Origin: Halarcobacter sp.
Lineage (GTDB): Bacteria; Campylobacterota; Campylobacteria; Campylobacterales; Arcobacteraceae
Direction of reading: 5' to 3'
Assembly: GCA_048571215.1 (NCBI GenBank)
Contig: CP182352.1
Coordinates: forward strand, 1-64,000
DNA length: 64,000 bases
In this document: positions 32,300 through 43,184 of the stretch, one piece after another
Position numbering within the stretch: position 1 is the stretch's first letter
Layout: each line of letters opens with the position of its first letter
Program-made: the position numbers and the translations under genes
The notes under the pieces: generated by a model
What the model saw: the letters and a program-made list of their open reading frames with translations, nothing else
What the model was told of the DNA's origin: nothing
Databases searched by the model: none

Positions 32300-32946
32300 T
32301 GATTTTAAAAGAGTTGATAAAAGGTAATGAGCGTTTTAGGAATACTGATTTTAGATATTTAGAGCCAGAGATAAAAGACCTTGTAAAAAATGGACAAAGG
32401 CCTGAGGTGCTTTTTATAGGGTGTTCTGACAGTAGGGTAACCCCTGATTTGATGTTAAATACAAGACCTGGGGATATGTTTATTCTAAGAAATGTAGGTA
32501 ATTTTGTACCACCCTATAAACATGATGAAGATTTCCATGGAAGTGCTGCTGCTATTGAGTATGCTATATCGGTTTTAAAAGTGAAACATATTATAATTTG
32601 TGGACATTCACATTGTGGAGCCTGTAAAAGTTTGTATGAAGATATTCCTGATGCAAAAACTCTTGTACATGTGAAAGTTTGGCTACAACTAGGTCAAAAA
32701 GCAAAAGAAAGAACCTTAAAAAATAACAATTTTACAACGCGAGAGGAGATGTATAGAGCTACTGAAAGAAACTCTATAAGGCATCAACTAGACAATCTTT
32801 TAACTTATCCTGAAGTTATAAAACTCATTGATTTGGGACAACTTAAAGTGCATGGATGGTACTATGATATCGAAACTGGTAAAATAGACTATTATGATAA
32901 AGAAAAAGATACATTTAAACCATTGGAAGTAAATACATATGAATAA
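32299..32946 (+). CDS. Beta-class carbonic anhydrase
   Basis: GCSDSRV, RNVGN, AIEYA, CGHSHCGAC, HGWYYDI. Confidence 0.96.
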   Translation: MILKELIKGNERFRNTDFRYLEPEIKDLVKNGQRPEVLFIGCSDSRVTPDLMLNTRPGDMFILRNVGNFVPPYKHDEDFHGSAAAIEYAISVLKVKHIIICGHSHCGACKSLYEDIPDAKTLVHVKVWLQLGQKAKERTLKNNNFTTREEMYRATERNSIRHQLDNLLTYPEVIKLIDLGQLKVHGWYYDIETGKIDYYDKEKDTFKPLEVNTYE

Positions 32947-33277
32947 AAAAGATGAGATACAAATAAGAAGATTACCTAAGAAAACCATTATTATAATTGC
33001 TATTATAACAATATTGACAATTATTGGTTTTGGTTTTGTTGTTTTTACAAAGAATATGAAGATTACAGAAGTTCTAAATAATCTTGGTCACAAAAATATA
33101 AGTGATTTAAAAGTAGTAAATAAAATGGTAGTTGAAGATAAAGTAACAAAAATAAATAGTACAGTTTATAAGGTTGACTTTTTTGATAATATCCTAAATA
33201 AAGAGTGTTATGGGTTTATTATTAGAAGTAATGATGGAAAATATAGTAAAGATATAGACTGTAAGAAGGTTAATTGA
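32939..33277 (+). CDS. Membrane-anchored hypothetical protein
   Basis: One N-terminal TM helix, two Cys in the soluble part; overlaps both neighbours. Confidence 0.7.
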   Translation: MNKKDEIQIRRLPKKTIIIIAIITILTIIGFGFVVFTKNMKITEVLNNLGHKNISDLKVVNKMVVEDKVTKINSTVYKVDFFDNILNKECYGFIIRSNDGKYSKDIDCKKVN

Positions 33278-34341
33278 AAATGAGCATTTTAGAAAAATTA
33301 GAAACAAATAAGAGATTATCATATGAAGAGGCCTTAGGGCTTTATGATTTAGATCTATTTGTATTGGCACAATATGCTAATAAAATTAGAGAAGATAAAC
33401 ATGGTAAAAAAACTTATTTTAATATAAATAGACATATAAATCCAACAAATATTTGTAAAGATGTTTGTCAATTTTGTGCTTACAGTGCAAGTAGAAAAAA
33501 TCCAAATCCATATACAATGACACATGAAGAGATTTTAGATATTGTTGAAAATTCTACAAAAAAAGATATCAAAGAGGTGCATATAGTATCAGCACACAAT
33601 CCAGATACAGGATTAGAATGGTATTTAGATGTATTTAGAAAAATAAAAGAGAAATTTCCAAGTATTCATATCAAGGCATTAACAGCAGCAGAGATTCATT
33701 TTTTAGCAGAAGAGTATAATTTAAGTTATGAACAAATTATTGAAAAGATGGTCGAAAGTGGAGTTGACTCTATGCCAGGTGGTGGTGCTGAAATTTTTGA
33801 TGAGGGTGTACGAAAAAGAATTTGTGGTGGAAAAGTTACTTCACAACAATGGCTTGATATACATAAATTATGGCATAAGAGTGGTCATCAAAGTAATGCA
33901 ACAATGCTTTTTGGACATGTTGAAAGTAGAGAGCATAGAATAGACCATATGATAAGATTAAGAGATTTACAAGATGAAACTGGTGGCTTCAATGCCTTTA
34001 TCCCTCTTGTATATCAAAAAGAGAATAACTTTTTAAAAATAAAAGATTTTTTAACTGGTCAAGAGATTTTAAAAACAATGGCAATATCAAGAATTTTATT
34101 AGATAATATTCCACATATTAAAGCTTATTGGGTTACATCAACTATAAAACTTGCCCTTTTAGCTCAAGAGTTTGGTGCAAATGATTTAGATGGGACTATT
34201 GAAAAAGAATCAATTCAAAGTGCTGCAGGTGCTGCTAGTGCAAATGGTATGGCTTTTCAAAATTTTGTGGATTTGATAAAAAATTCTGGATTTTTACCTG
34301 TTGAAAGAGATTCTGTATATAATGAGATTAAAACGTGGTAA
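33274..34341 (+). CDS. mqnE: Aminofutalosine synthase (radical SAM)
   Basis: NRHINPTNICKDVCQFCAY, SMPGGGAEIF, NATMLFGHVE, HIKAYW, GANDLDGT. Confidence 0.92.
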   Translation: MKMSILEKLETNKRLSYEEALGLYDLDLFVLAQYANKIREDKHGKKTYFNINRHINPTNICKDVCQFCAYSASRKNPNPYTMTHEEILDIVENSTKKDIKEVHIVSAHNPDTGLEWYLDVFRKIKEKFPSIHIKALTAAEIHFLAEEYNLSYEQIIEKMVESGVDSMPGGGAEIFDEGVRKRICGGKVTSQQWLDIHKLWHKSGHQSNATMLFGHVESREHRIDHMIRLRDLQDETGGFNAFIPLVYQKENNFLKIKDFLTGQEILKTMAISRILLDNIPHIKAYWVTSTIKLALLAQEFGANDLDGTIEKESIQSAAGAASANGMAFQNFVDLIKNSGFLPVERDSVYNEIKTW

Positions 34342-34359
34342 AAGCTTTTTGCTTTTACC
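34337..34359. terminator. Inverted repeat between convergent genes
   Basis: GGTAAAAGC-TTTTT-GCTTTTACC. Confidence 0.55.
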
Positions 34360-34365
34360 TATTGT

Positions 34366-35931
34366 TTATTTAGGTTGATGGAACTGTAAGATAAACTCTA
34401 TTTCTATTCCAGCTTCGGTTTTTACAAAACTAATTGGATAGGTGATATTTACAGAATATAATTCATTATTTAGACCATCAATTATTTCAAAAAATTTAAT
34501 TGGATTTTTAACTACTACATTTATTAGATAGTTAAAAGTTATAACTTCTGATTTAAAGTTTGATTTAAATGTAACAATTGCATCCTTAGGGAAAAGCATT
34601 TTAATCTGCTCTGTTACTGTAATAATTGGCATAAACTCATTTGCCTCATATACATCACTATATTCTTTAAAAGTAGTTTGTTTTTTGTTTTTTAAACCTT
34701 CTGCTTCAATAACAGCATCAATAACTGCTTTCTCTTTATTTTCCTCTTTTATCTCAAAATTTGTAAGTTTATAATCATTTAATAATTTAGGTTCTAATAC
34801 CTTTATAAAGGTATCCTTATTTAACATATCTACACTCATTTTAAGTGAGTTTGATTCGATATATAACTCTTTTAAGACAACATCATATGGGATTAGTTCT
34901 AAAGATTTAAGTACTCTATTCTCAATTATGTTATTTTTTTCTTGATGATTTGGCAGTTTTACTACTCTTTTTACTTGTGTTTGTTTAACAGGTTCTTTTT
35001 TATTGAAAAGTTCATCAATTGGTATAAATAGATATCCAACTGCAATTATTGCAAAAATGGCAAGAAGTGGTGCTAACCATCTAAAAATACTTGGTTTTGG
35101 TTTTACTCTTGGTTTAAGAAAACTTTTTTTACTATGTTTATCTTTTGATAATTCAAAAAGTTCTTCATCTACAGAGATTGGATGATAAGTTACATCTATC
35201 ATAAAATCTTCACTCATAGATTGGATTTGATCTTCTGGTATTTGTTTTACATTATAAAGTAAAGATATTTTTTCAATAAAAGTATCTTTTGAGATAGTGT
35301 AAAACTCTTCTATCGTATTTTTTACAGCCTCATAAACCTCTAATGAGTAAACTTCATCAAAAAGTTTTTGACCTAAAACCTCATTTTCATAAAATTTACT
35401 ACTTTGAATATCTTCAAAAGGTGTAAGCTCTAATCTCTTATGGAAAACTATTTCACTTTTACTATCAACAACCATACAAAATGCCTGATTGTTAAAAAGA
35501 AGTATAACAAGGGAGTTATTACAAGGGTTTTGTTCTATATGTAAATTTAAAATATGAAAAGCTGAAAAAACATAATCAACTCCACATTTCTCAAAATAGT
35601 TTTTAGTTTCAAAAAGTAAACTTTTTGAAATAGCAATATAATAATCACTGTTAAGTAAGGTTACTGTGTTCTCTTTTATATTTATTTTTTCATTTTTTCT
35701 ATAGAGTTTTGTATCATCTTGAAGAAGTAGGGTTGAGATATATGTATCATTTATCTCTTCTGAGTGAGCTACTAGTTTTGAAGCTACATCTCTAGCTAGG
35801 ATTTCATCTTTTGCAATAAAAACAGAGTTATTAGCCTCTACAATATCTTCATTTTGTAATTTTTTATAACTTATTTTAAGTTGGGTTTTGTATTTGATAG
35901 CATTGATATATAAAGACTCTTTTGAGAACAT
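34366..35931 (-). CDS. Bitopic membrane protein, putative PilM/PilN/PilO-like fusion (flagellar cage-type)
   Basis: ~280-aa soluble N-terminus, one TM helix (WLAPLLAIFAIIAVGYLFIPI), PilN-like LELIPYDVVLKELYI, then a second alpha/beta domain; lies downstream of miaB-DUF374. Confidence 0.55.
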   Translation of the reverse strand: MFSKESLYINAIKYKTQLKISYKKLQNEDIVEANNSVFIAKDEILARDVASKLVAHSEEINDTYISTLLLQDDTKLYRKNEKINIKENTVTLLNSDYYIAISKSLLFETKNYFEKCGVDYVFSAFHILNLHIEQNPCNNSLVILLFNNQAFCMVVDSKSEIVFHKRLELTPFEDIQSSKFYENEVLGQKLFDEVYSLEVYEAVKNTIEEFYTISKDTFIEKISLLYNVKQIPEDQIQSMSEDFMIDVTYHPISVDEELFELSKDKHSKKSFLKPRVKPKPSIFRWLAPLLAIFAIIAVGYLFIPIDELFNKKEPVKQTQVKRVVKLPNHQEKNNIIENRVLKSLELIPYDVVLKELYIESNSLKMSVDMLNKDTFIKVLEPKLLNDYKLTNFEIKEENKEKAVIDAVIEAEGLKNKKQTTFKEYSDVYEANEFMPIITVTEQIKMLFPKDAIVTFKSNFKSEVITFNYLINVVVKNPIKFFEIIDGLNNELYSVNITYPISFVKTEAGIEIEFILQFHQPK

Positions 35932-35943
35932 TCAACTACTTCC

Positions 35944-36558
35944 TTATTTCATAGCGTTGATCAACATTTTTTCTTTTATTAGCTCTTTTGCCTCATTTAT
36001 TTCTAAGTTTTCTAAACAAAGAGGCTCTTGAATAAAAAACTCTATTGTTCCAAAAGGTTTTGGTACTATAAATTTATCCCAAGAGTTAAACTGCCAATAA
36101 TTTTTTGGTTTACAATTAAATATTAAAATTTTAGCATTAGTCTTCTTTGATATTGCTACAATACCATCAGCAACTGAATGTCTAGGTCCTCTTGGTCCAT
36201 CTGGTGTTATTGCAATATCATTTCCATTTTTTATCTCTTTGATTGCTGCAATTAATGCTTTTGCTCCACCTTTAGAGCTTGAACCTCTAATTGAGTCAAT
36301 TCCCAAATACTCTACAGTTTTTGTAATCGCTTCCCCATCTTTGTGTTCACTTATCATAGCACTTACTTTAGCATAAGGTCTAAGTTTTTGGTAGTTAAAT
36401 GGTTGCATAAGTAATTCTCCATGCCAAAAAGCTACAATAAATGACTCTTTATCATCAATTTTTGGGTGATGAAAAACTTTTTTATTTGTAAAATAAATAA
36501 TTTTTACAAAAAACTGCAAAATAAAGGGTGCAACTTTTGTTATAAAAAAATTTCTCAT
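35944..36558 (-). CDS. Lysophospholipid acyltransferase family (DUF374) protein
   Basis: AFWHGE, SEHKDGE, IRGSSSKGG, ITPDGPRGP, SWDKFIVPKPF. Confidence 0.9.
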   Translation of the reverse strand: MRNFFITKVAPFILQFFVKIIYFTNKKVFHHPKIDDKESFIVAFWHGELLMQPFNYQKLRPYAKVSAMISEHKDGEAITKTVEYLGIDSIRGSSSKGGAKALIAAIKEIKNGNDIAITPDGPRGPRHSVADGIVAISKKTNAKILIFNCKPKNYWQFNSWDKFIVPKPFGTIEFFIQEPLCLENLEINEAKELIKEKMLINAMK

Positions 36559-37887
36559 CTACTTTATCACATCACCTTTTAGTGAAGTTCTTGTGGTATC
36601 TGTAATTTTTACATCAACAAATTTACCTAGTAGCTCGTCACTACCCTTTACAAAAACTTGCATAAAATTGTCTGTATAGCCTGAAACTTCACCATTTGCT
36701 CTTAAACTATCAAATAAAACAGTAACTATTTTATCTTTATTTATTTGCATTAATTCACTTTGGTGTTCTTTATGTAATTCAATAACTTGAGTTAATCTTT
36801 GGCTACCAATTGAATCCTCTATCTCTTCATCTTTTAATTCTAAAGCTGCGGTATTTGGTCTAGGAGAGTATTTGAAGTTGAAAATTTGATCAAACTTAAC
36901 TTGATTGATTACATCTATAGTATCTTCAAAATCCTCTTGTGTTTCCCCTGGAAAAGCTACAATTATATCTGTAGTGATTCTTACATTTGGAACCAAACTT
37001 CTTATTTTTTTGGCTCTATTTAAAAACCACTCTTTAGTGTAGCCTCTTTTCATAGCTTTTAAAATCTTTGTTGAACCGCTTTGTAAAGGCATATGGATAC
37101 ATTTTGAGATTTTTGGATTTTTTGCAAACTCCTCAATAAACTCATCATCCATATGTAAAGGGTGGGGAGAGGTAAATCGGATTCTTTCCAATCCATCTAT
37201 TTTAGAAACCTCTTGTAAAAGTTTTGTAAAAGTTGTTTTTTCCCTTTTGTCACTAAATCTTCTACCATATGAGTTTACATTTTGTCCTAATAAAGTTACT
37301 TCTTTAGCACCTCTTAGTACATCTTTTTTTATTTGATCTATAATCATTTCAGGTGGGATAGAGATCTCCTCTCCTCTAGTAGCTGGAACTATACAATAAG
37401 TACACTCCTTATCACAACCAACTGAAATATTTACAGAAGTTTTATAAAGTGATGTTGAGGTTGAAGCAAATTGATAGGTTGAATCATCATAATCTATATC
37501 AATCTCAACAGCACCTTTTTTATCAATAACATCTTTTATTTTTGAAATATTTCTAGCCCCAAGTACAAAATCTACATATGGTGCTCTTTTCATAATATCA
37601 TCACCAAGATGGGAAGCAGTACAACCACACACCCCGATTTTAGCTTTATCTTTTTTCTTTTTATTAAACTGACCAATCTCTGAAAATAGTTTTGAAACAG
37701 GTTTCTCTCTTACTGAACATGTATTTATAATAATTAAGTCTGCATCTTCTATGTTTTCTGTAGGGGTATAATTTTTATGCTCTTTTAATTCAGCAATTAT
37801 GTGTTGGCTGTCAGTATCATTCATCTGACAGCCAAGTGTTTGTATAAATAGTTTTTTTTCTATTTTTTCATCCATTTGTTTATTCAC
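36559..37887 (-). CDS. miaB: tRNA-2-methylthio-N6-dimethylallyladenosine synthase
   Basis: [53 protein letters not shown] domain. Confidence 0.97.
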   Translation of the reverse strand: MNKQMDEKIEKKLFIQTLGCQMNDTDSQHIIAELKEHKNYTPTENIEDADLIIINTCSVREKPVSKLFSEIGQFNKKKKDKAKIGVCGCTASHLGDDIMKRAPYVDFVLGARNISKIKDVIDKKGAVEIDIDYDDSTYQFASTSTSLYKTSVNISVGCDKECTYCIVPATRGEEISIPPEMIIDQIKKDVLRGAKEVTLLGQNVNSYGRRFSDKREKTTFTKLLQEVSKIDGLERIRFTSPHPLHMDDEFIEEFAKNPKISKCIHMPLQSGSTKILKAMKRGYTKEWFLNRAKKIRSLVPNVRITTDIIVAFPGETQEDFEDTIDVINQVKFDQIFNFKYSPRPNTAALELKDEEIEDSIGSQRLTQVIELHKEHQSELMQINKDKIVTVLFDSLRANGEVSGYTDNFMQVFVKGSDELLGKFVDVKITDTTRTSLKGDVIK

Positions 37888-37895
37888 TTTATTTC

Positions 37896-38138
37896 CTATA
37901 AAGCATGAACCTCATACATATATTCTTCATCTGCTAGTCCATATTTTACTTCTCTAAAGTAAACATTGAATCCTTCATCTTCTAAAGTATCCACTAAAGC
38001 CATCATATCTTTGTGAGAATTGTCTCTATCAAAATAAAAGATTTTTTCACCATCTTTTTTTAAATCCTCTTTTATTTTATCAAGTAAAACTTTTTTTGGT
38101 TTTTCTGATAGCTCATTTCTTGCATATAATAATTCCAT
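37896..38138 (-). CDS. HP0268 family small nuclease
   Basis: [25 protein letters not shown]...YMYEVH; between nusA and miaB. Confidence 0.85.
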   Translation of the reverse strand: MELLYARNELSEKPKKVLLDKIKEDLKKDGEKIFYFDRDNSHKDMMALVDTLEDEGFNVYFREVKYGLADEEYMYEVHAL

Positions 38139-38285
38139 ATAACAAACCTTTTTGTATTTAATTAGCTAGATAGTCTATCTTAAAGTTGCTTTAATTTCTA
38201 TAAAAGTTGTTTATGGTATAATATCTGTCTACTCTACATTGAAAATCAAAAACATACATTTCAATGTCAATACAAAAGGTTATTA

Positions 38286-39458
38286 ATGGATAAAATTATA
38301 GATATTTTAGATTCTATTGCTTATGAAAAGGGCATAAAAATAGATGATGTTGAGAATGCGTTAAAAGAGGCATTGATTAAAACTGCGGAAAAAATGGTAG
38401 ATGCTACCTTGAAATTTGATGCAGAAATTGATAGAAAAAATAAAAAACTAGAACTATTTCAAAAAATAGAAGTGGTTGAAAATGATGATAAAAGATTAGT
38501 TGAAGATAACTATGATGAATATGAGAATCTTATAAATAAAGATAACTTCATCTCTATAGATGAGGCAAAAAATATAGACCCTGGTGTAGAAATAGGGGAT
38601 TTTGTAAACTATGATTTAGAATTTGAAAATATGGGTAGAAATGCTGCAACAATTTTGCACCATAATTTTGAATATAGAATACAAAGATTTTTAGAAGAAT
38701 CACTTTTAAATAAGTATAAAAATAAAATTGGAAAAACCATTAATGGAAATGTTACAAGGGTTGATAGACAAGAGAATACCTTTGTAGAGATTGGTGAAGT
38801 TAGAGGGATGCTTCCAAGAAAAAGTAGAATCAAAGGGGAAAGCTTTAGAATTGGAGATACCCTAAAAGCTGTTGTAAAAAGTGTAAATATAGACAAAACA
38901 AATGGTCTAATAATTGAACTTTCTAGAACTTCTCCAAAATTCTTAGAATCTCTTTTAGCTCTTGAAGTTCCTGAGTTAAAAGATGAAGTTATTATAATTG
39001 AAGCTAGTGCAAGAATTCCTGGTAGTAGAGCTAAGATTGCCCTTGTATCTACTGACCCACAAGTTGACCCTATTGGTTCAATTGTTGGGGTAAAAGGTGT
39101 TAGAATTACAGCTGTTTCAAGACAATTAAATGGGGAAAATATAGATTGTGTTGAATACTCAACTATACCTGAAATGTTTATATCACGTGCCTTATCACCT
39201 GCTATTATTACAAGTGTAAAAATAGAAAAACCAGCAGAGGGCAATGAAAAAGGTAAAGCAATAGTTACTATTCCTAGTGATCAAAAATCAAAAGCTATTG
39301 GTAAAGCTGGATTAAATATTAGATTAGCTTCAATGCTTACAAAATATGAAATAGAGTTAGTTGAGGTTGGGGGAGATCTATTGAGTTCTGCTGTAACTAG
39401 CGAATCAAAAACTGAAAAAGTAACAGATACTGCAAGTTTAGAGGCACTATTTAAATAA
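38286..39458 (+). CDS. nusA: Transcription termination/antitermination factor NusA
   Basis: S1 and KH domains: LSRTSPKFL, ARIPGSRAKIA, DPIGSIVGVKG, AIGKAGLNIRLA. Confidence 0.97.
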   Translation: MDKIIDILDSIAYEKGIKIDDVENALKEALIKTAEKMVDATLKFDAEIDRKNKKLELFQKIEVVENDDKRLVEDNYDEYENLINKDNFISIDEAKNIDPGVEIGDFVNYDLEFENMGRNAATILHHNFEYRIQRFLEESLLNKYKNKIGKTINGNVTRVDRQENTFVEIGEVRGMLPRKSRIKGESFRIGDTLKAVVKSVNIDKTNGLIIELSRTSPKFLESLLALEVPELKDEVIIIEASARIPGSRAKIALVSTDPQVDPIGSIVGVKGVRITAVSRQLNGENIDCVEYSTIPEMFISRALSPAIITSVKIEKPAEGNEKGKAIVTIPSDQKSKAIGKAGLNIRLASMLTKYEIELVEVGGDLLSSAVTSESKTEKVTDTASLEALFK

Positions 39459-40861
39459 TGAATAAACTATTTATATATGATTCTGTAAAAAAACAAAAAG
39501 TTCCTTTTGAAGCAATAAAAGACAAACAAGTAAAAGTTTATGTTTGTGGACCAACTGTTTATGATGATTCACATTTAGGTCATGCAAGAAGTGCCATTGC
39601 ATTTGATTTACTTCATAGGGTTTTAAAAGCAAATAATTATGATGTAATCATGACAAAAAACTTTACTGATATTGATGATAAAATTATCAAAAAGATGTAT
39701 GAAACAAAAAGAACTTTAGAAGATATTACAAGTGAATATATAAATGCATATAAAAATGATATGGAGATTCTAAATATTTTACCAAATAGTTTAGAACCAA
39801 AAGCTACACAAAATTTACAAATCATGATAGATATGATTGAAGATTTGATGGCTAAAGATATAGCTTATAAAATCTCAGATGGTATCTATTTTGATGTTTC
39901 AAAAGATTCAAACTATGGAGAACTTTCAAAAAGAGCAAGTGATGAAAATTCACAAGCAAGGGTTGAAACAAATAGTGAAAAAAGAACTCCAAGTGATTTT
40001 GCCCTATGGAAGTTTGAAAAAGAAAATGATGTAGCCTATGAGGCACCTTTTGGAAAAGGACGACCTGGTTGGCATATAGAGTGTAGTGCTATGATAAATA
40101 AACATTTAGCCTATAAAGATGAACCCTTTCAAATAGATATTCATGGGGGAGGAGCTGATTTGCTTTTTCCACACCATGAAAACGAAGCGGCACAAACTAG
40201 ATGTTCTACAAAAACCAATTTAGCAAAATACTGGATGCATAATGGATTTGTAACAATTGATGGGGAGAAGATGAGTAAGTCTTTAGGTAACTCATTTTTC
40301 TTAAAAGATATTTTAAAATCATATAGTGGAGAGGTTGTTAGATTTTATCTTTTAACAGCACAATATAGAACTAATTTTAATTTCAATGAAGAGGATTTAG
40401 TATCTTCTAAAAAAAGACTTGATAAATTTTACAGACTTAAAAAAAGAGTTTATGGACTTGGTTCAAGTGATGTAAATAAAGATGTAAAAGAGCAACTATT
40501 AAATGCCCTAAATGATGATTTAAACTCAGCAAAAGCTATTTCAGTAGTAGATGAGTATGTTTCAATGGCAAATGAAACATTAAATAAAGAGCCAAAAAAT
40601 AAAAACTTTAAAAAAGAGTTAGTATCAACTTTGAACTTTATAGGAGATATTTTAGGAATAGGGGAAGATGATGCCTATAAATATTTTCAATTTGGTATAG
40701 ATCAAGAAACTATTTTAAAAATAGAAGAGCTTATAGAAAAAAGAACTCAAGCAAAAAAAGAAAAAGATTTTGAGTCTGCTGATAAAATTAGAGATGAATT
40801 AACATCAATGGATATTTCTGTTATGGATACACCAAATGGTGTAGTTTGGGAAAAGGTATAA
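39458..40861 (+). CDS. cysS: Cysteine--tRNA ligase
   Basis: YVCGPTVYDDSHLGHAR, GRPGWHIECS, DLLFPHHENE, KMSKS. Confidence 0.98.
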   Translation: MNKLFIYDSVKKQKVPFEAIKDKQVKVYVCGPTVYDDSHLGHARSAIAFDLLHRVLKANNYDVIMTKNFTDIDDKIIKKMYETKRTLEDITSEYINAYKNDMEILNILPNSLEPKATQNLQIMIDMIEDLMAKDIAYKISDGIYFDVSKDSNYGELSKRASDENSQARVETNSEKRTPSDFALWKFEKENDVAYEAPFGKGRPGWHIECSAMINKHLAYKDEPFQIDIHGGGADLLFPHHENEAAQTRCSTKTNLAKYWMHNGFVTIDGEKMSKSLGNSFFLKDILKSYSGEVVRFYLLTAQYRTNFNFNEEDLVSSKKRLDKFYRLKKRVYGLGSSDVNKDVKEQLLNALNDDLNSAKAISVVDEYVSMANETLNKEPKNKNFKKELVSTLNFIGDILGIGEDDAYKYFQFGIDQETILKIEELIEKRTQAKKEKDFESADKIRDELTSMDISVMDTPNGVVWEKV

Positions 40862-41034
40862 AACTTTTACGAAACAATAAATAAACACTAGGCTTCTTAA
40901 CTATGGGAAGCTAACTTTTCAAGACAATTGCATACAATTAAAACTATCAAAAAAATAAACTAAAAAATAACCTTTTTTTTAATCAAAAATCCAAATTTTT
41001 TAGTATAATCCAAAAAAAATATTAGGATATAAAA

Positions 41035-41829
41035 ATGGTAAGCATCAAATCACTAGTAGAATCAAAACTATTTCAAAATTTTATTATCTCACTTATTATA
41101 CTAAACGGTATAACAATGGGTTTAGAAACTTCAAAAAATATAGTTGAAACTTATGGAAACTTTTTAAATGTATTTGATAAATTTGTTATCTCTATTTTTA
41201 CTATTGAGATAATTCTTAGAGTTTATACATATAGAATATCTTTTTTCAAAGACCCTTGGTCTTTATTTGATTTTTTTATTGTTGCAGTATCTTTGATGCC
41301 TACAAATGGAGGTTTTTCAATCCTAAGAATTTTAAGGGTATTAAGACTTTTTAGACTTATTACTGTAGTACCTCAAATGAGAAAAATTGTAGCTGCTCTT
41401 ATAAGTGTAATACCTGGTATGTTATCTATTGTTGCCTTGATGACACTTATTTTTTATATATTTGCCATAATGGCAACAAATCTATATGCTAATAGTTTTC
41501 CCCAGTGGTTTGGAACATTAGGGGAATCATTTTATAGTTTATTTCAAATTATGACTTTAGAATCCTGGTCTATGGGAATAGTTAGACCTATTATGGAATC
41601 ACATCCCTATGCTTGGGTGTTTTTTATCCCTTTTATTTTTATTGCAACCTTTGTGATGGTTAATCTTGTAGTTGCAATTATAGTTGACGCAATGGCAATA
41701 TTAAAAGAGGAAGAGAAAACTATGATAAAAGAGGTGCAAGATTCAGAAGGGGAATTAAAAGATGAGATTAAAACTTTACAAAATGAGATAAGAGAATTAA
41801 AACAAATAGTTTTAAAATCTAAGGATTAA
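41035..41829 (+). CDS. Bacterial voltage-gated sodium channel (BacNav, NavAb-like)
   Basis: S4 [12 protein letters not shown], selectivity filter TLESWSM, S6 [12 protein letters not shown]-terminal coiled coil. Confidence 0.95.
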   Translation: MVSIKSLVESKLFQNFIISLIILNGITMGLETSKNIVETYGNFLNVFDKFVISIFTIEIILRVYTYRISFFKDPWSLFDFFIVAVSLMPTNGGFSILRILRVLRLFRLITVVPQMRKIVAALISVIPGMLSIVALMTLIFYIFAIMATNLYANSFPQWFGTLGESFYSLFQIMTLESWSMGIVRPIMESHPYAWVFFIPFIFIATFVMVNLVVAIIVDAMAILKEEEKTMIKEVQDSEGELKDEIKTLQNEIRELKQIVLKSKD

Positions 41830-42181
41830 AAGTTAAAACAACTTTTCCCACAATATGAACATCTTTTTTCCCATATACCAAATGGGAAAATAAAGAGTTT
41901 ATAGAAAAAAATACCTCTTTTTTTTCATTATATTTTTTTACCCACATTTTATTTTCATAATATACTAAATAGATACCACCATCTATTAAAACTTTATTTG
42001 ATATATCAGATACAATTACTGCTTTATCAGATATAAGTGGTTCCATAGATTTACCATCTATGATATTTACAAAAAGTGAACTTTCTTTGAAAGGCTCTTT
42101 TATCTCACCTTTTGAAAATCTTATCTCTTTTGTTTTATTTTCATCAAAAATATCAATATACTCTAAAGTTATCTCTTCCAT
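41819..42181 (-). CDS. Stand-alone S24 (LexA/UmuD-type) peptidase domain protein
   Basis: GKSMEP catalytic Ser motif and VKK Lys motif; no HTH. Confidence 0.8.
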   Translation of the reverse strand: MEEITLEYIDIFDENKTKEIRFSKGEIKEPFKESSLFVNIIDGKSMEPLISDKAVIVSDISNKVLIDGGIYLVYYENKMWVKKYNEKKEVFFSINSLFSHLVYGKKDVHIVGKVVLTFNP

Positions 42182-43183
42182 TTAAATAAACTCTTTTACT
42201 ATTTTTATATGATTTATATTTATATCCAAGAAACAATTAGTTTTATCTTCAATAGAATCTAAACATGATGTTTTTATTAGCAGTTGTTTTTTTTCAAAAT
42301 CATCTAGACTAACTTGAAGTTCATAATAATCACCACAAAAAGAGATATCTATAATTGTTGCTTTAATTTTACTATTATCATTTGTAACTTTTATATTATC
42401 TATTGAGATTATTCCAACATTCTCTTTATTTTTTTCTATACCTAAATCTTCTAGTAACTTATTTGGTAATAGATTTATTTTATTTAAAAAGTTTGCCACA
42501 TAGAGTGATTTTGGATTATTAAATAGTTCTTGGGGAGTGCCAAATTGCTCTATTTTTTTATTGTTTATTATTGCTATTTTATCTGACATACTTAAAGCTT
42601 CTTTTTGGTCATGGGTTACAAGTATAGCACTAAGACCTAAATCTTTGATTATCTTTTTTAACCAAACTTTTGTTTTATTTCTCAAATGGGTATCTAAGTT
42701 TGCAAAAGGCTCATCTAGTAGCAAAACCTTTGGTTCATAGGCTAAGACTCTAGCTATTGAAACCCTTTGTTGTTGACCACCACTTAACTCATGTATTTGT
42801 TTATGTCTATGTTCTGTTAAATCAAACTGTTTTAGAAGTTTATCAACCCTTTTTTGTCTTTCTAATTTATTTAATTTATACAAGGCAAACTCTATATTCT
42901 CTTTTACATTTAGATGGGGAAAAAGTGCATAATCTTGAAAGATATAGCCTATATCTTTATTGCATTCACCTTTACTGTTTACTAAACATTGTTCATTTAG
43001 ATAAATATCACCTTCATATTGTTCTTGAAGTGAGGCAATGCTTCTTAAAATCGTACTTTTCCCACATCCACTAGGACCTAAAATAGTTACAATCTCACCT
43101 GCTTGAACCTCAAAAGAGATATCTTCTAAAATTTGTGTATCACCAAATGCTATTGAAAAGTTTTTTATATTTATACCTACCAT
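42182..43183 (-). CDS. Fe3+ ABC transporter ATP-binding subunit (FbpC-like)
   Basis: GPSGCGKST, FQDYALFPHL, LSGGQQQR, LLDEPF, VTHD. Confidence 0.9.
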   Translation of the reverse strand: MVGINIKNFSIAFGDTQILEDISFEVQAGEIVTILGPSGCGKSTILRSIASLQEQYEGDIYLNEQCLVNSKGECNKDIGYIFQDYALFPHLNVKENIEFALYKLNKLERQKRVDKLLKQFDLTEHRHKQIHELSGGQQQRVSIARVLAYEPKVLLLDEPFANLDTHLRNKTKVWLKKIIKDLGLSAILVTHDQKEALSMSDKIAIINNKKIEQFGTPQELFNNPKSLYVANFLNKINLLPNKLLEDLGIEKNKENVGIISIDNIKVTNDNSKIKATIIDISFCGDYYELQVSLDDFEKKQLLIKTSCLDSIEDKTNCFLDININHIKIVKEFI

Positions 43184-43184
43184 A

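Noticed and set aside
38609..39244. 211-aa ORF antisense to nusA, and similar shadow ORFs (e.g. 19284-19679, 15728-16075, 9063-9392, 44665-45039, 58422-58736)
   Set aside because: They lie opposite well-supported genes, have Ser/Ile/Phe-rich composition typical of antisense frames, and show no recognisable motif.
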